DNA from: an uncultured Candidatus Saccharibacteria bacterium
Lineage (GTDB): Bacteria > Patescibacteriota > Minisyncoccia > Phycocordibacterales > DATDSR01
Direction: 5' to 3'
Assembly (NCBI GenBank): GCA_964348575.1
Contig: CAYGDD010000002.1
Span: 1-45,882 of the forward strand
DNA length: 45,882 nucleotides
Positions 34,443-41,854 of the stretch are shown here, piece after piece. Both the position numbers and the translations under genes were made by a program. Below the pieces are notes generated by a model. It ran no database searches. It saw only the letters and a list, made by a program, of their open reading frames with translations, and was not told where the DNA came from. Position 1 is the first letter of the stretch. Each line of letters begins with the position of its first letter.

Positions 34443-35562
34443 GGCTTTGAGCTATTTCTAGGATTACTTGGGCCATCTTAGAGGCTGCTTCTGGAGTGGC
34501 GAAGCTAAGGGCGTGCTCTCTCATGGTCTTTTGCATTTCCTTATTATCCATAATACGCTCAATCTCGGAGAGCAATATATGAGGTGTAAGATTCTGCTCT
34601 TCAAGAAGGATAGCTGCCCCAGTTCTGGCGTAGGCTAGAGCGTTATGGTGCTGATCGTGACTGACTCCACTTGGGATGGGGATAATTATAGAGGGCTTGC
34701 CCCACCCCGCTATTTCGAATATAAATGTAGAACCAGCCCTACTAACTACTAGTGAGGCTATGCCCGCTGCCATTCCAAGAGCAGTTGAGCCCAGGAAACC
34801 AGACATCTTATAGCGCGAAGCCTTGGGGTTATCTCCTAATATTACAGATAATCTATTACTAATCTCATTCGTATTTTTTGGACCGACTTGGTGTATAACC
34901 TGATACTTATCTAGGAGCTCAGGCAGGATATCAAGGACGATCTCGTTAATTGCAACTGCCCCCGTAGAGCCACCTACAATAAGCACTGTCGGGGTACTAG
35001 CATCTAGCTTTAGCAACTCAATAGCCCCATCAGCCTTAGGATTTCGGAGTTCGCGTCGTATGGGTATGCCCACTAGGGCCGTTCTATCCTTGGGGAAGTA
35101 GCTCGCGGCTTCCTCGTAAGCTATGCCGATTCGCCTTGCGAAGCTAGCGGCGAACTTGTTGGCTCGCCCTGGCTTAGAATCAGATTCGTGAATGACCACA
35201 GGGATACCAAGTAGGCGCGCAGCAAAGATAACTGGGAAACTCGCGTAGCCTCCCTTGCCCATAACGACATCCGGATAAATAGAAAAAAGTTTTCCCAGAG
35301 CCGTAGCTATGCCAAAAGCCGTGACAAAGATATCAAAAAAGTTTAAAAGTGAGAAGTAACGCCTAGTCTTACCTGCGGGCACTTTCTTAAACTCAATCCC
35401 ATATTCAAATAGAGCCCTCTCATCATAAGGAACATCCGACATATAGTAGTACTTAGGAGCTATGTACTTGTTGCTAGCTATAAGTTCGTTAAGCTCCTGC
35501 ACTATTGCAATGATTGGATAGAAGTGTCCGCCAGTCCCCCCTCCTGTAAATACAATTTTCAC
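34432..35562 (-). CDS. murG: Lipid II synthase MurG (UDP-GlcNAc transferase)
   Basis: 376 aa with the N-terminal FTGGGTGGHFYPIIA G-loop and a C-terminal GSTFIFEIAGWGKPSIIIP. Confidence 0.9.
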   Translation of the reverse strand: MKIVFTGGGTGGHFYPIIAIVQELNELIASNKYIAPKYYYMSDVPYDERALFEYGIEFKKVPAGKTRRYFSLLNFFDIFVTAFGIATALGKLFSIYPDVVMGKGGYASFPVIFAARLLGIPVVIHESDSKPGRANKFAASFARRIGIAYEEAASYFPKDRTALVGIPIRRELRNPKADGAIELLKLDASTPTVLIVGGSTGAVAINEIVLDILPELLDKYQVIHQVGPKNTNEISNRLSVILGDNPKASRYKMSGFLGSTALGMAAGIASLVVSRAGSTFIFEIAGWGKPSIIIPIPSGVSHDQHHNALAYARTGAAILLEEQNLTPHILLSEIERIMDNKEMQKTMREHALSFATPEAASKMAQVILEIAQSHEH

Positions 35563-36662
35563 TTTTTAATTTGCTTAGCTGATATTTGTAGAAGCACGCC
35601 AGAGCTAGCCAGTACTAACATAAGGGCAGTTCCTCCATGACTAATATACGGCAGGGGTATGCCAGTAAGTGGCACTATCCCAAGCATCGCCCCAATATGT
35701 ACATACGCTTGCGAGATTATCATTATAACAATCCCAGTGGCCATAAGTCTATGGAATTGATCAGGGGCTCTACGGGCTATCCCCAAGCCCCTAAGGCCGA
35801 AGGCGGTAAAGAGCCCTGTGATGATAAGTGTACCAATAAGTCCGAATTCTTCTCCTAAGACAGCAAAAATTGAGTCCCCAGTCGGTTCTGGGAGGTATTG
35901 AAACTTTTGGATACTCTGACCAAAGCCTCTACCCGTAGCCCCCCCTGCACCTATCGCAAGAATAGATTGCCTCAACTGGTAAGAGCTTCCTAAGGGGTCG
36001 CTAGTAGGGTCAACGAAGGTCGCAATGCGTGCTTTGACGTAAGGTCTAGTTAGGGCAAGTGTAGTAATTAAAGCAATTATAAGACCGCATATTATTGCAA
36101 GATGCTTAAGACTTCCGCCTGCTACAAGAAAGATAGCTAAGCTAGAAATAAGCATCACAAGGAAGGTGCCCGTATCTGGTTGCAATAAAAGGATTGTGCC
36201 AACTAGGCCAAGTATTATAGCCAAGGGCAACAAACCCTCCTTTAGTGTACCGGCCACATCCTTATTGGATGCGTACCAGCTAGAGAGGATGATAATTGTA
36301 GCAAGCTTGAGTAGTTCGGAGGGTTGTATAGATATGCCAGCAATAACTAACCAACGCCTAGCCCCTCCAGAAGCAAGGCCAATCCCTGGTACAAAGACTA
36401 GGGCTGTAAGAATGAGAGTGGAGAGGAAGATATATGGAGAGAGCTTCTTGAGCCATCTAACGTCGAGCTTATACATTGCCAACATCGCTAGTAGCCCCCC
36501 TCCAAGTCCGAAGACTAATTGGGAAAAAATTACGTCACTCCAACCCGCTCCACTTCTTGTTAGTAAACCGAATGAAGCTGACATAAATATGAAAAAACCA
36601 CAAACAACCAGCAGGATTATTATCGCGAGCATAATTGTATCTGGGAATCTGTTACTTTTCAT
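35559..36662 (-). CDS. ftsW: SEDS family glycosyltransferase FtsW/RodA
   Basis: 367-aa polytopic protein with QPSELLK and LQPDTGT motifs, adjacent to murG. Confidence 0.88.
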   Translation of the reverse strand: MKSNRFPDTIMLAIIILLVVCGFFIFMSASFGLLTRSGAGWSDVIFSQLVFGLGGGLLAMLAMYKLDVRWLKKLSPYIFLSTLILTALVFVPGIGLASGGARRWLVIAGISIQPSELLKLATIIILSSWYASNKDVAGTLKEGLLPLAIILGLVGTILLLQPDTGTFLVMLISSLAIFLVAGGSLKHLAIICGLIIALITTLALTRPYVKARIATFVDPTSDPLGSSYQLRQSILAIGAGGATGRGFGQSIQKFQYLPEPTGDSIFAVLGEEFGLIGTLIITGLFTAFGLRGLGIARRAPDQFHRLMATGIVIMIISQAYVHIGAMLGIVPLTGIPLPYISHGGTALMLVLASSGVLLQISAKQIKK

Positions 36663-37485
36663 CTCTGTCTATATTAGCAAGAGTCCACGAGATTAGCTTT
36701 TGCATTTCTTTTGCGCGCTTCTCCTTAGTTGCCCCAAGTAGGACTAATATAACTGGCCGGTCAATCCCCGCATCTATGATTACAACTAGATTGGCTCCAG
36801 CCAAATCTGTGGTGCCAGTCTTAGAGGCTAGTATACCAAGCATGGCCAAGACATCCCTGTTAGTATTGACCACTTTGTGTATTGCAGTTTCAGACTCTAT
36901 TTTAAGTTCTTGCCTAGTAGTTACATCAAGAGTTTGTTTAGAAAGACTCCATAAGCGGGTAGTTAGTTTGGCTACATCTCTAGCTGAGCCGTATCCGCCC
37001 GCTAGAGATAGGGATTCGTCGAGTCCAGTATAATTGAGAAAAAATGATTCGCTTAGGCCTAATTGGTCTATTAACTTATTTAGACACATCACACAGTTTG
37101 TCTTTGACTCCAGTTCTTCTCCAAGTACTGTGGCGGCATCATTGGAGGACGCAATGAGCATAAATTTGAGCAAGGAATCTAGAGTCCATACCTCGCCTAG
37201 TACAAGACCGCTATCCCCTTCTGTACCAAGTGCCGTAGCCGAAACAGTTAGTAAGTGGTCAGGCTCAAATGTCTCAAGCGCCACAATAGCCGTAGCGAGC
37301 TTGGTGAGTGATGCAAGCGGGAGTTGGACTCTCTCATTACTGGCTATGACAATTCTATCCCTATTTATATCGTACACATAGTAGGATAGTGCGTCTATAT
37401 GCAGACCCGCTGTGGCCATAGTCAGGGTGGGACTAAGTAGGATAAGAGTAGCTAAAAGTAAGATGAGGCTATAGATCTTCGGCAT
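36652..37485 (-). CDS. D-alanyl-D-alanine carboxypeptidase (S11, PBP5-like)
   Basis: 277 aa with a signal peptide and ASLTKL (SxxK), SSND (SxN) and KTGTT motifs. Confidence 0.85.
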   Translation of the reverse strand: MPKIYSLILLLATLILLSPTLTMATAGLHIDALSYYVYDINRDRIVIASNERVQLPLASLTKLATAIVALETFEPDHLLTVSATALGTEGDSGLVLGEVWTLDSLLKFMLIASSNDAATVLGEELESKTNCVMCLNKLIDQLGLSESFFLNYTGLDESLSLAGGYGSARDVAKLTTRLWSLSKQTLDVTTRQELKIESETAIHKVVNTNRDVLAMLGILASKTGTTDLAGANLVVIIDAGIDRPVILVLLGATKEKRAKEMQKLISWTLANIDRDEK

Positions 37486-38017
37486 TGCTACTGTAATAGT
37501 TCTCTATCTCTGTAAGTTTAAGCTTGGTCTCTGTCAGTTCAGGTAGGTCAGCAACGTCTCCGATCCCCATGTGAGCAAGGAGTTCAATGCTAGGTTTGTA
37601 TAGCATACTTCTCGCATTATTCTCATCCTGATTACGCTCCACTAATCCTCTTCGAAGTAGGTTACGAAGGATAAATTGGCTGTTAACCCCTCTAATATAG
37701 TCTATGCCACTTCTTGATATTGGCCCTTTGTAAAGGATAATTGCTAAGGTCTCTAGCCCAGCCTTACCTATACTCTTGCTCTGCTCGTCCTTTGCTATTT
37801 GCTCTAACTTGCTACTCGCTAGAGGTCTAGTGCCTAGGGAGATCATCTCGCCATTTGTAATCAGGCACACTCCCCTATTTGTTAGATTCTGTTCAAGGCT
37901 GACTATAATATTATCAAGCTCCTCGCTAGTTACAGCCAATACTCCAGCCAGCCACCCCCTTGTTACGGGTTCGCTCTTATAAAAAAGAATGGCTTCTAAT
38001 AATTGCTCGTTTGTCAT
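37469..38017 (-). CDS. scpB: Segregation and condensation protein B
   Basis: 182 aa with LEAILFYKSEPVT and tandem winged-helix halves. It has an ATGA overlap with scpA. Confidence 0.85.
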   Translation of the reverse strand: MTNEQLLEAILFYKSEPVTRGWLAGVLAVTSEELDNIIVSLEQNLTNRGVCLITNGEMISLGTRPLASSKLEQIAKDEQSKSIGKAGLETLAIILYKGPISRSGIDYIRGVNSQFILRNLLRRGLVERNQDENNARSMLYKPSIELLAHMGIGDVADLPELTETKLKLTEIENYYSSNAEDL

Positions 38018-38745
38018 GAATATGTTGGGGTGCTATTTTGAGTAGTTTCCATCTCTATATCGGCGTGTCTACCTTGCTGGCTTACTGACAGTATACCGCG
38101 TTTAACCAGTTCTAGCATGGCTAGGAAGCTTACTATAACCTCAATCTTTTCGCCCCGATCCTTATTAGAGAATTCCTTGAAGCTCATCCGCAGGCAAGCC
38201 CCAATTCGTTCGTGGAGATTATTGATTATATCATCCAGACTTATGACCTTAGTTATAACTTTTTCAACTAGTTTGACTTGCTTGACTGTGCGACTAAGTA
38301 GATCCTGTAGGCTCACCCTAAGAGCGTCTAGGCTCACATCTCTACCCGGATTAAAGATGGCAAGATAAGATAACGAGTCTTGTCTCATGTAAATACTATT
38401 ACCAGTAAGTAGCGATGCCACAGCTTCACCTTGTTTGACTAATATCTGGTATATGGCTAGGCGCTCCTCAAGGTCTTTGATATCGGCTGTCTCTTCACTG
38501 CTAAGCTCCAGATTGGGCAAGAGAGCCTTAGACTTAATAAGCAGTAGTATTGAGGCCACGTAGACAAAGTTGGCTGTGTCAGCCACAGGCAACTCCCCCA
38601 CGCTCTCTATGTAAGTCAAGAAGTCATCCGCCACTTTTGAAAGTGATACTTCAGATATGTGCAACTTCTGCTTCTCTACCAACTCTAGTAGCAACTCAAT
38701 TGGCCCGCTAAACTTCTCAGAATTTATAGCAAAAGCATTAGTCAT
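38014..38745 (-). CDS. scpA: Segregation and condensation protein A (kleisin)
   Basis: 243 aa with FSGPIELLLELVEKQKLHISEVSLSKVADDFLTYI. An extended -10 TGtTAAAAT (38752-38760, minus strand) lies 6 nt upstream of the ATG. Confidence 0.88.
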   Translation of the reverse strand: MTNAFAINSEKFSGPIELLLELVEKQKLHISEVSLSKVADDFLTYIESVGELPVADTANFVYVASILLLIKSKALLPNLELSSEETADIKDLEERLAIYQILVKQGEAVASLLTGNSIYMRQDSLSYLAIFNPGRDVSLDALRVSLQDLLSRTVKQVKLVEKVITKVISLDDIINNLHERIGACLRMSFKEFSNKDRGEKIEVIVSFLAMLELVKRGILSVSQQGRHADIEMETTQNSTPTYS

Positions 38746-38803
38746 CAGTAGATTTTAACACTAAGCACCAATTGTTCAAAACAACCCACCGCGTAGTTTG
38801 AAG

Positions 38804-38857
38804 TAAAAAAGAGCCCTAGCCAACCATACACATTACTGCGTAGGTCAGCCAGAGCTA
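38804..38857 (-). terminator. Rho-independent terminator on the minus strand, about 125-180 nt downstream of U4
   Basis: On the minus-strand RNA, UAGCUCUGGCUGACC pairs with GGUUGGCUAGGGCUC (14 bp including 4 G-U) around a 17-nt loop, followed by UUUUUU (plus-strand A6 at 38805-38810). Confidence 0.55.
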
Positions 38858-38983
38858 ACGGAGTGAGCCTGTTTACGGAGCATGATCCGGAGATCGCCTC
38901 CATAGTGAATCCACAGCCAGGGAGTGGACTAAGGCGGGTTTTGGTTGCGGGCCAGTGAGCTATTTGTTAACTGGTTGTCTCGT

Positions 38984-39364
38984 CTACAGCATCTCGAACG
39001 ATGCTGGATGGAGTTGAATCCAGATGAAGCAGTTACCCTTGAGCTGAGGGATCCCCTCTCTCAACCCGGCTGCGATTCGCTTGCGTCGCTCATCGAGATT
39101 AGCCCTACGTGCCGGGTACTCGTTGGCGTGGACGATGATCTGCAGAGGCAGAGTGTTGATATCGAGCTCGTGTCCGTCACGCACTTGCACCTCGATCTCA
39201 TCCACGGAGAGCCGACCCTCTGGCTCCTCCGGAACGTCCAATTCCTTTGCGACCAGCTCCCGTGTCAGCTCTCCTAGCAGCAGGACATTTGCATCCGGGA
39301 TGTTGTTCCCGGAGTGGGACAGCTCGGTCTTGTCGAGCTTACGATAAATTTCGATCAATGGCAT
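38984..39364 (-). CDS. Hypothetical 126-aa protein, possibly tautomerase-superfamily-like (Met-Pro start, two beta-alpha-beta halves) (island unit U4)
   Basis: I chose the ATG at 39364 (Met63 of the tracked ORF). AGGAG lies 9 nt upstream and the promoters occupy the remaining tracked N-terminus. The protein starts MPLIEIY and the second half contains LQIIVHA...DERRKRIAAGL...CFIWIQL. GC3 bias is strong. Confidence 0.6.
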   Translation of the reverse strand: MPLIEIYRKLDKTELSHSGNNIPDANVLLLGELTRELVAKELDVPEEPEGRLSVDEIEVQVRDGHELDINTLPLQIIVHANEYPARRANLDERRKRIAAGLREGIPQLKGNCFIWIQLHPASFEML

Positions 39365-39389
39365 ATCGGAGTTCTCCTTTCCTGAGGCG

Positions 39390-39434
39390 AGTCTAGCAAA
39401 AAGCTTGACAAATGTCAATAGGGTGGTGTATAAT
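39390..39434. promoter_or_regulatory. Back-to-back divergent promoters sharing a 14-bp palindrome of their -35 boxes
   Basis: Plus strand: TTGACA (39405-39410), 18-nt spacer, TATAAT (39429-39434). Minus strand: TTGACA (plus-strand TGTCAA at 39413-39418), 17-nt spacer, TAGACT (plus-strand 39390-39395). Together they form TTGACA-AA-TGTCAA at 39405-39418. Confidence 0.7.
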
Positions 39435-39561
39435 ATAGGATGTAAATCTTGAGCTGTTGGGTAATCAGGTTCAAGATTGGTCCGCCCTTCCTTATCCCCT
39501 CGAAAGAGCAAGCGGATGGGCTCCTGAGACTGGATTATGACCCCAGCCAAAGGAGAGACCG

Positions 39562-39783
39562 ATGGACATTTATGTTTGTGTTAAGTGCGAACGGAGTTTC
39601 AAGACCAACGACGAGAACGCTGAAACTTGTGAGAAGTGTAGCAAGCAAGAGTGCTTTACTGACCACACTGGAACTATCGACCTCAGCGATGTCCCCTGTG
39701 AGTTTGAGATTCAGGACTATGAGGATAACGGGATGTGCTATCGCTGTGGGGCACCCCCGTACGTAGACTGCAACTGCGACTAG
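39562..39783 (+). CDS. Acidic 73-aa protein with 10 cysteines (zinc-ribbon-like CxxC pairs) (island unit U5)
   Basis: AAGGAG lies 6-7 nt before the ATG. The cysteine pattern is CVKC...CEKC...C...C...CYRC...CNC. A terminator follows directly. Confidence 0.65.
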   Translation: MDIYVCVKCERSFKTNDENAETCEKCSKQECFTDHTGTIDLSDVPCEFEIQDYEDNGMCYRCGAPPYVDCNCD

Positions 39784-39791
39784 TGCGAAAG

Positions 39792-39835
39792 ACCGCCGAC
39801 CCAAAACATTAGGGTTCGGCGGTTTTCTTCTTCTT
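39792..39835 (+). terminator. Rho-independent terminator after U5 (convergent with the aspS end)
   Basis: ACCGCCGACCC-AAAACATTA-GGGTTCGGCGGT (one bulged T) followed by TTTTCTTCTTCTT. Confidence 0.75.
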
Positions 39836-39847
39836 AAATCTCCATAA

Positions 39848-41164
39848 TTATGGGTTTAGGCGTTTGACGTCTCGGGGGAGGAAAGTGGCTTCGCGTACGT
39901 TTGGGAGCTCTAATATCTGCATCACGATACGGCCTGGGCCTATGCCACCGCCACCATGTGGTGGGCACCCGAATTTGAAGAAGCTTATGTAATCACGTAG
40001 AGCGTCAAGATCCATGCCCTTCTCTTGTGCTTGCTTGGTGAGTACGTCGGGTCTGTGCTCGCGTTGTGCTAAGGTGGTAATCTCGAGCCCATTGTACAAT
40101 AAGTCTGCTCTGCGCGAGTAGTCAGAACCAATCTCTGTACGCATATGGTAGAAGGCGCTCTTACTTTTGTGATACTCGTGAATAAAGACAAACTCATGAT
40201 TATGTTTCTCTTTTACATATTCGCTGATGACACGCTCTTCTTCTGGAGACAAGTCGTGCTCTTCGCCACTTACTACTCCTCTTTCGGCTAGAATCTTTTT
40301 AGCCTCTAACATGGTTATCCGCGGGAAGGGTGCAATTGGTATTGTAATATTAAGTTCGGGCATGCGGAGGGCTACCTGCTTGAAGCCGGATATAATAAAC
40401 TGCTCCTCTTCATCCATTACGTCATGATGTGATTCTACATAACCTACCTCAAAGTCCCAACCGGTAAACTCCGTAAGGTGTCTGGTGGTAAATGAGGGTT
40501 CTGCTCTGAACACGGGTCCTGTCATAAAGACTCGCTCAAAGCCAGAGGCAATGCCCATTTGCTTGTAGAACTGGGGTGACTGCGCCAAGTAGGCCTTACC
40601 CTCGAAGTACTTAACCTCAAAGACCTCTGCTCCACTTTCGCTAGGCACATTCATCAGGGCCGGTGGATACAACTGGATGTAGTTATTATCTAGCCAGTAC
40701 TTCCGGAAGCCTCTCTCAAGCTCTGTCCAGATCTTAAAAATTTTGGCCTTCTCTGGCTTGCGAAGATCTATCCAACGATGGTCAAAGCGGGCAGGGGCCT
40801 CTGTCTCTTCTCCACCCTTAATAGTAACTACTGGTATGGGTAACTCTGGCTCGGCCATAGACAAAATCTGAAGTGAGCTGATTTGTATCTCAACTCCATT
40901 TGGCGCTTGTTTGGCCTCTACCACCCTACCCCCAATGCGCACCACACTCTCAAGGGTCAGTTCCTTAGCCCTCTCAAACTCGCTAGACTCTGCGGTAATA
41001 ACTACTTGCGCTAAGCCGGTGATATCGCGTAAGATCAAAAAAATAATCTTGCTCTGCACGCGCAAAGCCTGCACAAAACCCTGCACAAATACAATCTCAT
41101 TTACCCCGCCCTCTGCAGTGCCTATCTTCCCTCCCAACTCCCTTGTATGTGTAAATTTAAGCAT
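39848..41164 (-). CDS. aspS: Aspartyl-tRNA synthetase, archaeal/type-2 (class IIb)
   Basis: 438 aa with an OB-fold N-domain, motif 2 FRAEPSFTTRHLTEFTGWDFE (Asp-type D rather than the Asn-type E) and motif 3 GGGGIGPGRIVM. Confidence 0.8.
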   Translation of the reverse strand: MLKFTHTRELGGKIGTAEGGVNEIVFVQGFVQALRVQSKIIFLILRDITGLAQVVITAESSEFERAKELTLESVVRIGGRVVEAKQAPNGVEIQISSLQILSMAEPELPIPVVTIKGGEETEAPARFDHRWIDLRKPEKAKIFKIWTELERGFRKYWLDNNYIQLYPPALMNVPSESGAEVFEVKYFEGKAYLAQSPQFYKQMGIASGFERVFMTGPVFRAEPSFTTRHLTEFTGWDFEVGYVESHHDVMDEEEQFIISGFKQVALRMPELNITIPIAPFPRITMLEAKKILAERGVVSGEEHDLSPEEERVISEYVKEKHNHEFVFIHEYHKSKSAFYHMRTEIGSDYSRRADLLYNGLEITTLAQREHRPDVLTKQAQEKGMDLDALRDYISFFKFGCPPHGGGGIGPGRIVMQILELPNVREATFLPRDVKRLNP

Positions 41165-41250
41165 GTCAGTGTTTAACTATTGGAGTATAGCAATTATAAG
41201 GCTATTTGTGGAGGCCTAGTTGCCCTTCCTAAGTATTACTGTATGCACTC

Positions 41251-41278
41251 TTGACAAGCTATTCTGATTTGCTAATAT
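41251..41278 (+). promoter_or_regulatory. Orphan near-consensus promoter TTGACA-16-TAATAT pointing into the 3' end of the NYN gene
   Basis: TTGACA at 41251-41256 and TAATAT at 41273-41278. No plus-strand ORF lies downstream. Confidence 0.5.
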
Positions 41279-41284
41279 ATATCT

Positions 41285-41340
41285 ATCACCACGGAAAGTC
41301 CCCTCTATGGTCTAGTGCCTGGAGGGTCCTTTTCATTTTT
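41285..41340 (+). ncRNA. Candidate ~55-nt small RNA, antisense to the stop-codon region of the NYN gene
   Basis: It starts about 7 nt after the -10 box. A short GC stem CCCTC (41301-41305)/GAGGG (41322-41326) is followed by TCCTTTTCATTTTT. The stem is weak. Confidence 0.3.
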
Positions 41341-41821
41341 GGGCTACTTTATTTCTGAGATCATCCATAAAGTCTATATTTTTCCTAGCAAACCTTTTTA
41401 GTAAAGCAGAATACTTCTGTCTATTTGGGACCAGTAGTCTCTTTAGCTTACCCTGCTCCTCAAGATATTGCACAAGACAATAAAAGTCGCCATCACCCGT
41501 AACTATGACTGCCCTCTCAAAATTCACTAGCTGTATCATGGTATGAAGTACCAACTCCGTATCAACGTTCCCCTTAACAGTACCGTCTCTATACACGAGC
41601 GTTGGTTTAAAAATGCAAATGAAGCCAGCATCCTGCAGAGAGGTATATAAACGGTTGTTTCCCTCTAGAAAGCCAATAAAGATGAAAGCCTTCGTGACAT
41701 GGTATTTGTCCTTCAGGTGAATGCGGAACCTTCTCCAATCTAAATGCCATCCCAGTGCTCTAACAGCAAGATGAACATTCTGGCTATCTATGAATGCGTA
41801 ATTGTTTTCGTTGCCAGACAT
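41333..41821 (-). CDS. NYN/LabA-like (PIN-fold) domain protein
   Basis: 162 aa with YAFIDSQNVHLA near the N-terminus and VIVTGDGDFYCLVQYL, typical of LabA/NYN. Confidence 0.8.
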   Translation of the reverse strand: MSGNENNYAFIDSQNVHLAVRALGWHLDWRRFRIHLKDKYHVTKAFIFIGFLEGNNRLYTSLQDAGFICIFKPTLVYRDGTVKGNVDTELVLHTMIQLVNFERAVIVTGDGDFYCLVQYLEEQGKLKRLLVPNRQKYSALLKRFARKNIDFMDDLRNKVAQK

Positions 41822-41854
41822 GATTATATTGATGTGAGTATACCAATTCTGGGA

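Noticed and set aside
36166-37381. Long plus-strand ORFs (176, 132 and 115 aa) opposite ftsW and the D-Ala-D-Ala carboxypeptidase gene.
   Set aside because: They are antisense to genes with clear SEDS and SxxK/SxN/KTG signatures, and their translations are low-complexity Ser/Pro/Ile-rich.
38858-38983. Possible SRP RNA, tmRNA or RNase P RNA in the GC-rich non-coding tail downstream of U4.
   Set aside because: I could not find the conserved cores, such as the SRP GGAA/AGCA domain IV, the tmRNA tRNA-like ends or the RNase P GAGGAAAGUCC motif. It is left as an unexplained 3' UTR.
38945-39347. Plus-strand ORFs 38945-39277 and 39081-39347, antisense to U4.
   Set aside because: They have no SD or promoter. 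The minus frame has the SD, ATG, promoter, terminator and GC3 bias.
39365-39804. The 62-aa N-terminal extension of U4 (tracked 38984-39550) and the overlapping ORFs 39449-39766 (plus) and 39535-39804 (minus).
   Set aside because: The extension would be translated across two near-consensus promoters and the U5 leader. The ATG at 39364 has an AGGAG. The other ORFs are out-of-frame shadows of U5 in GC-rich sequence.
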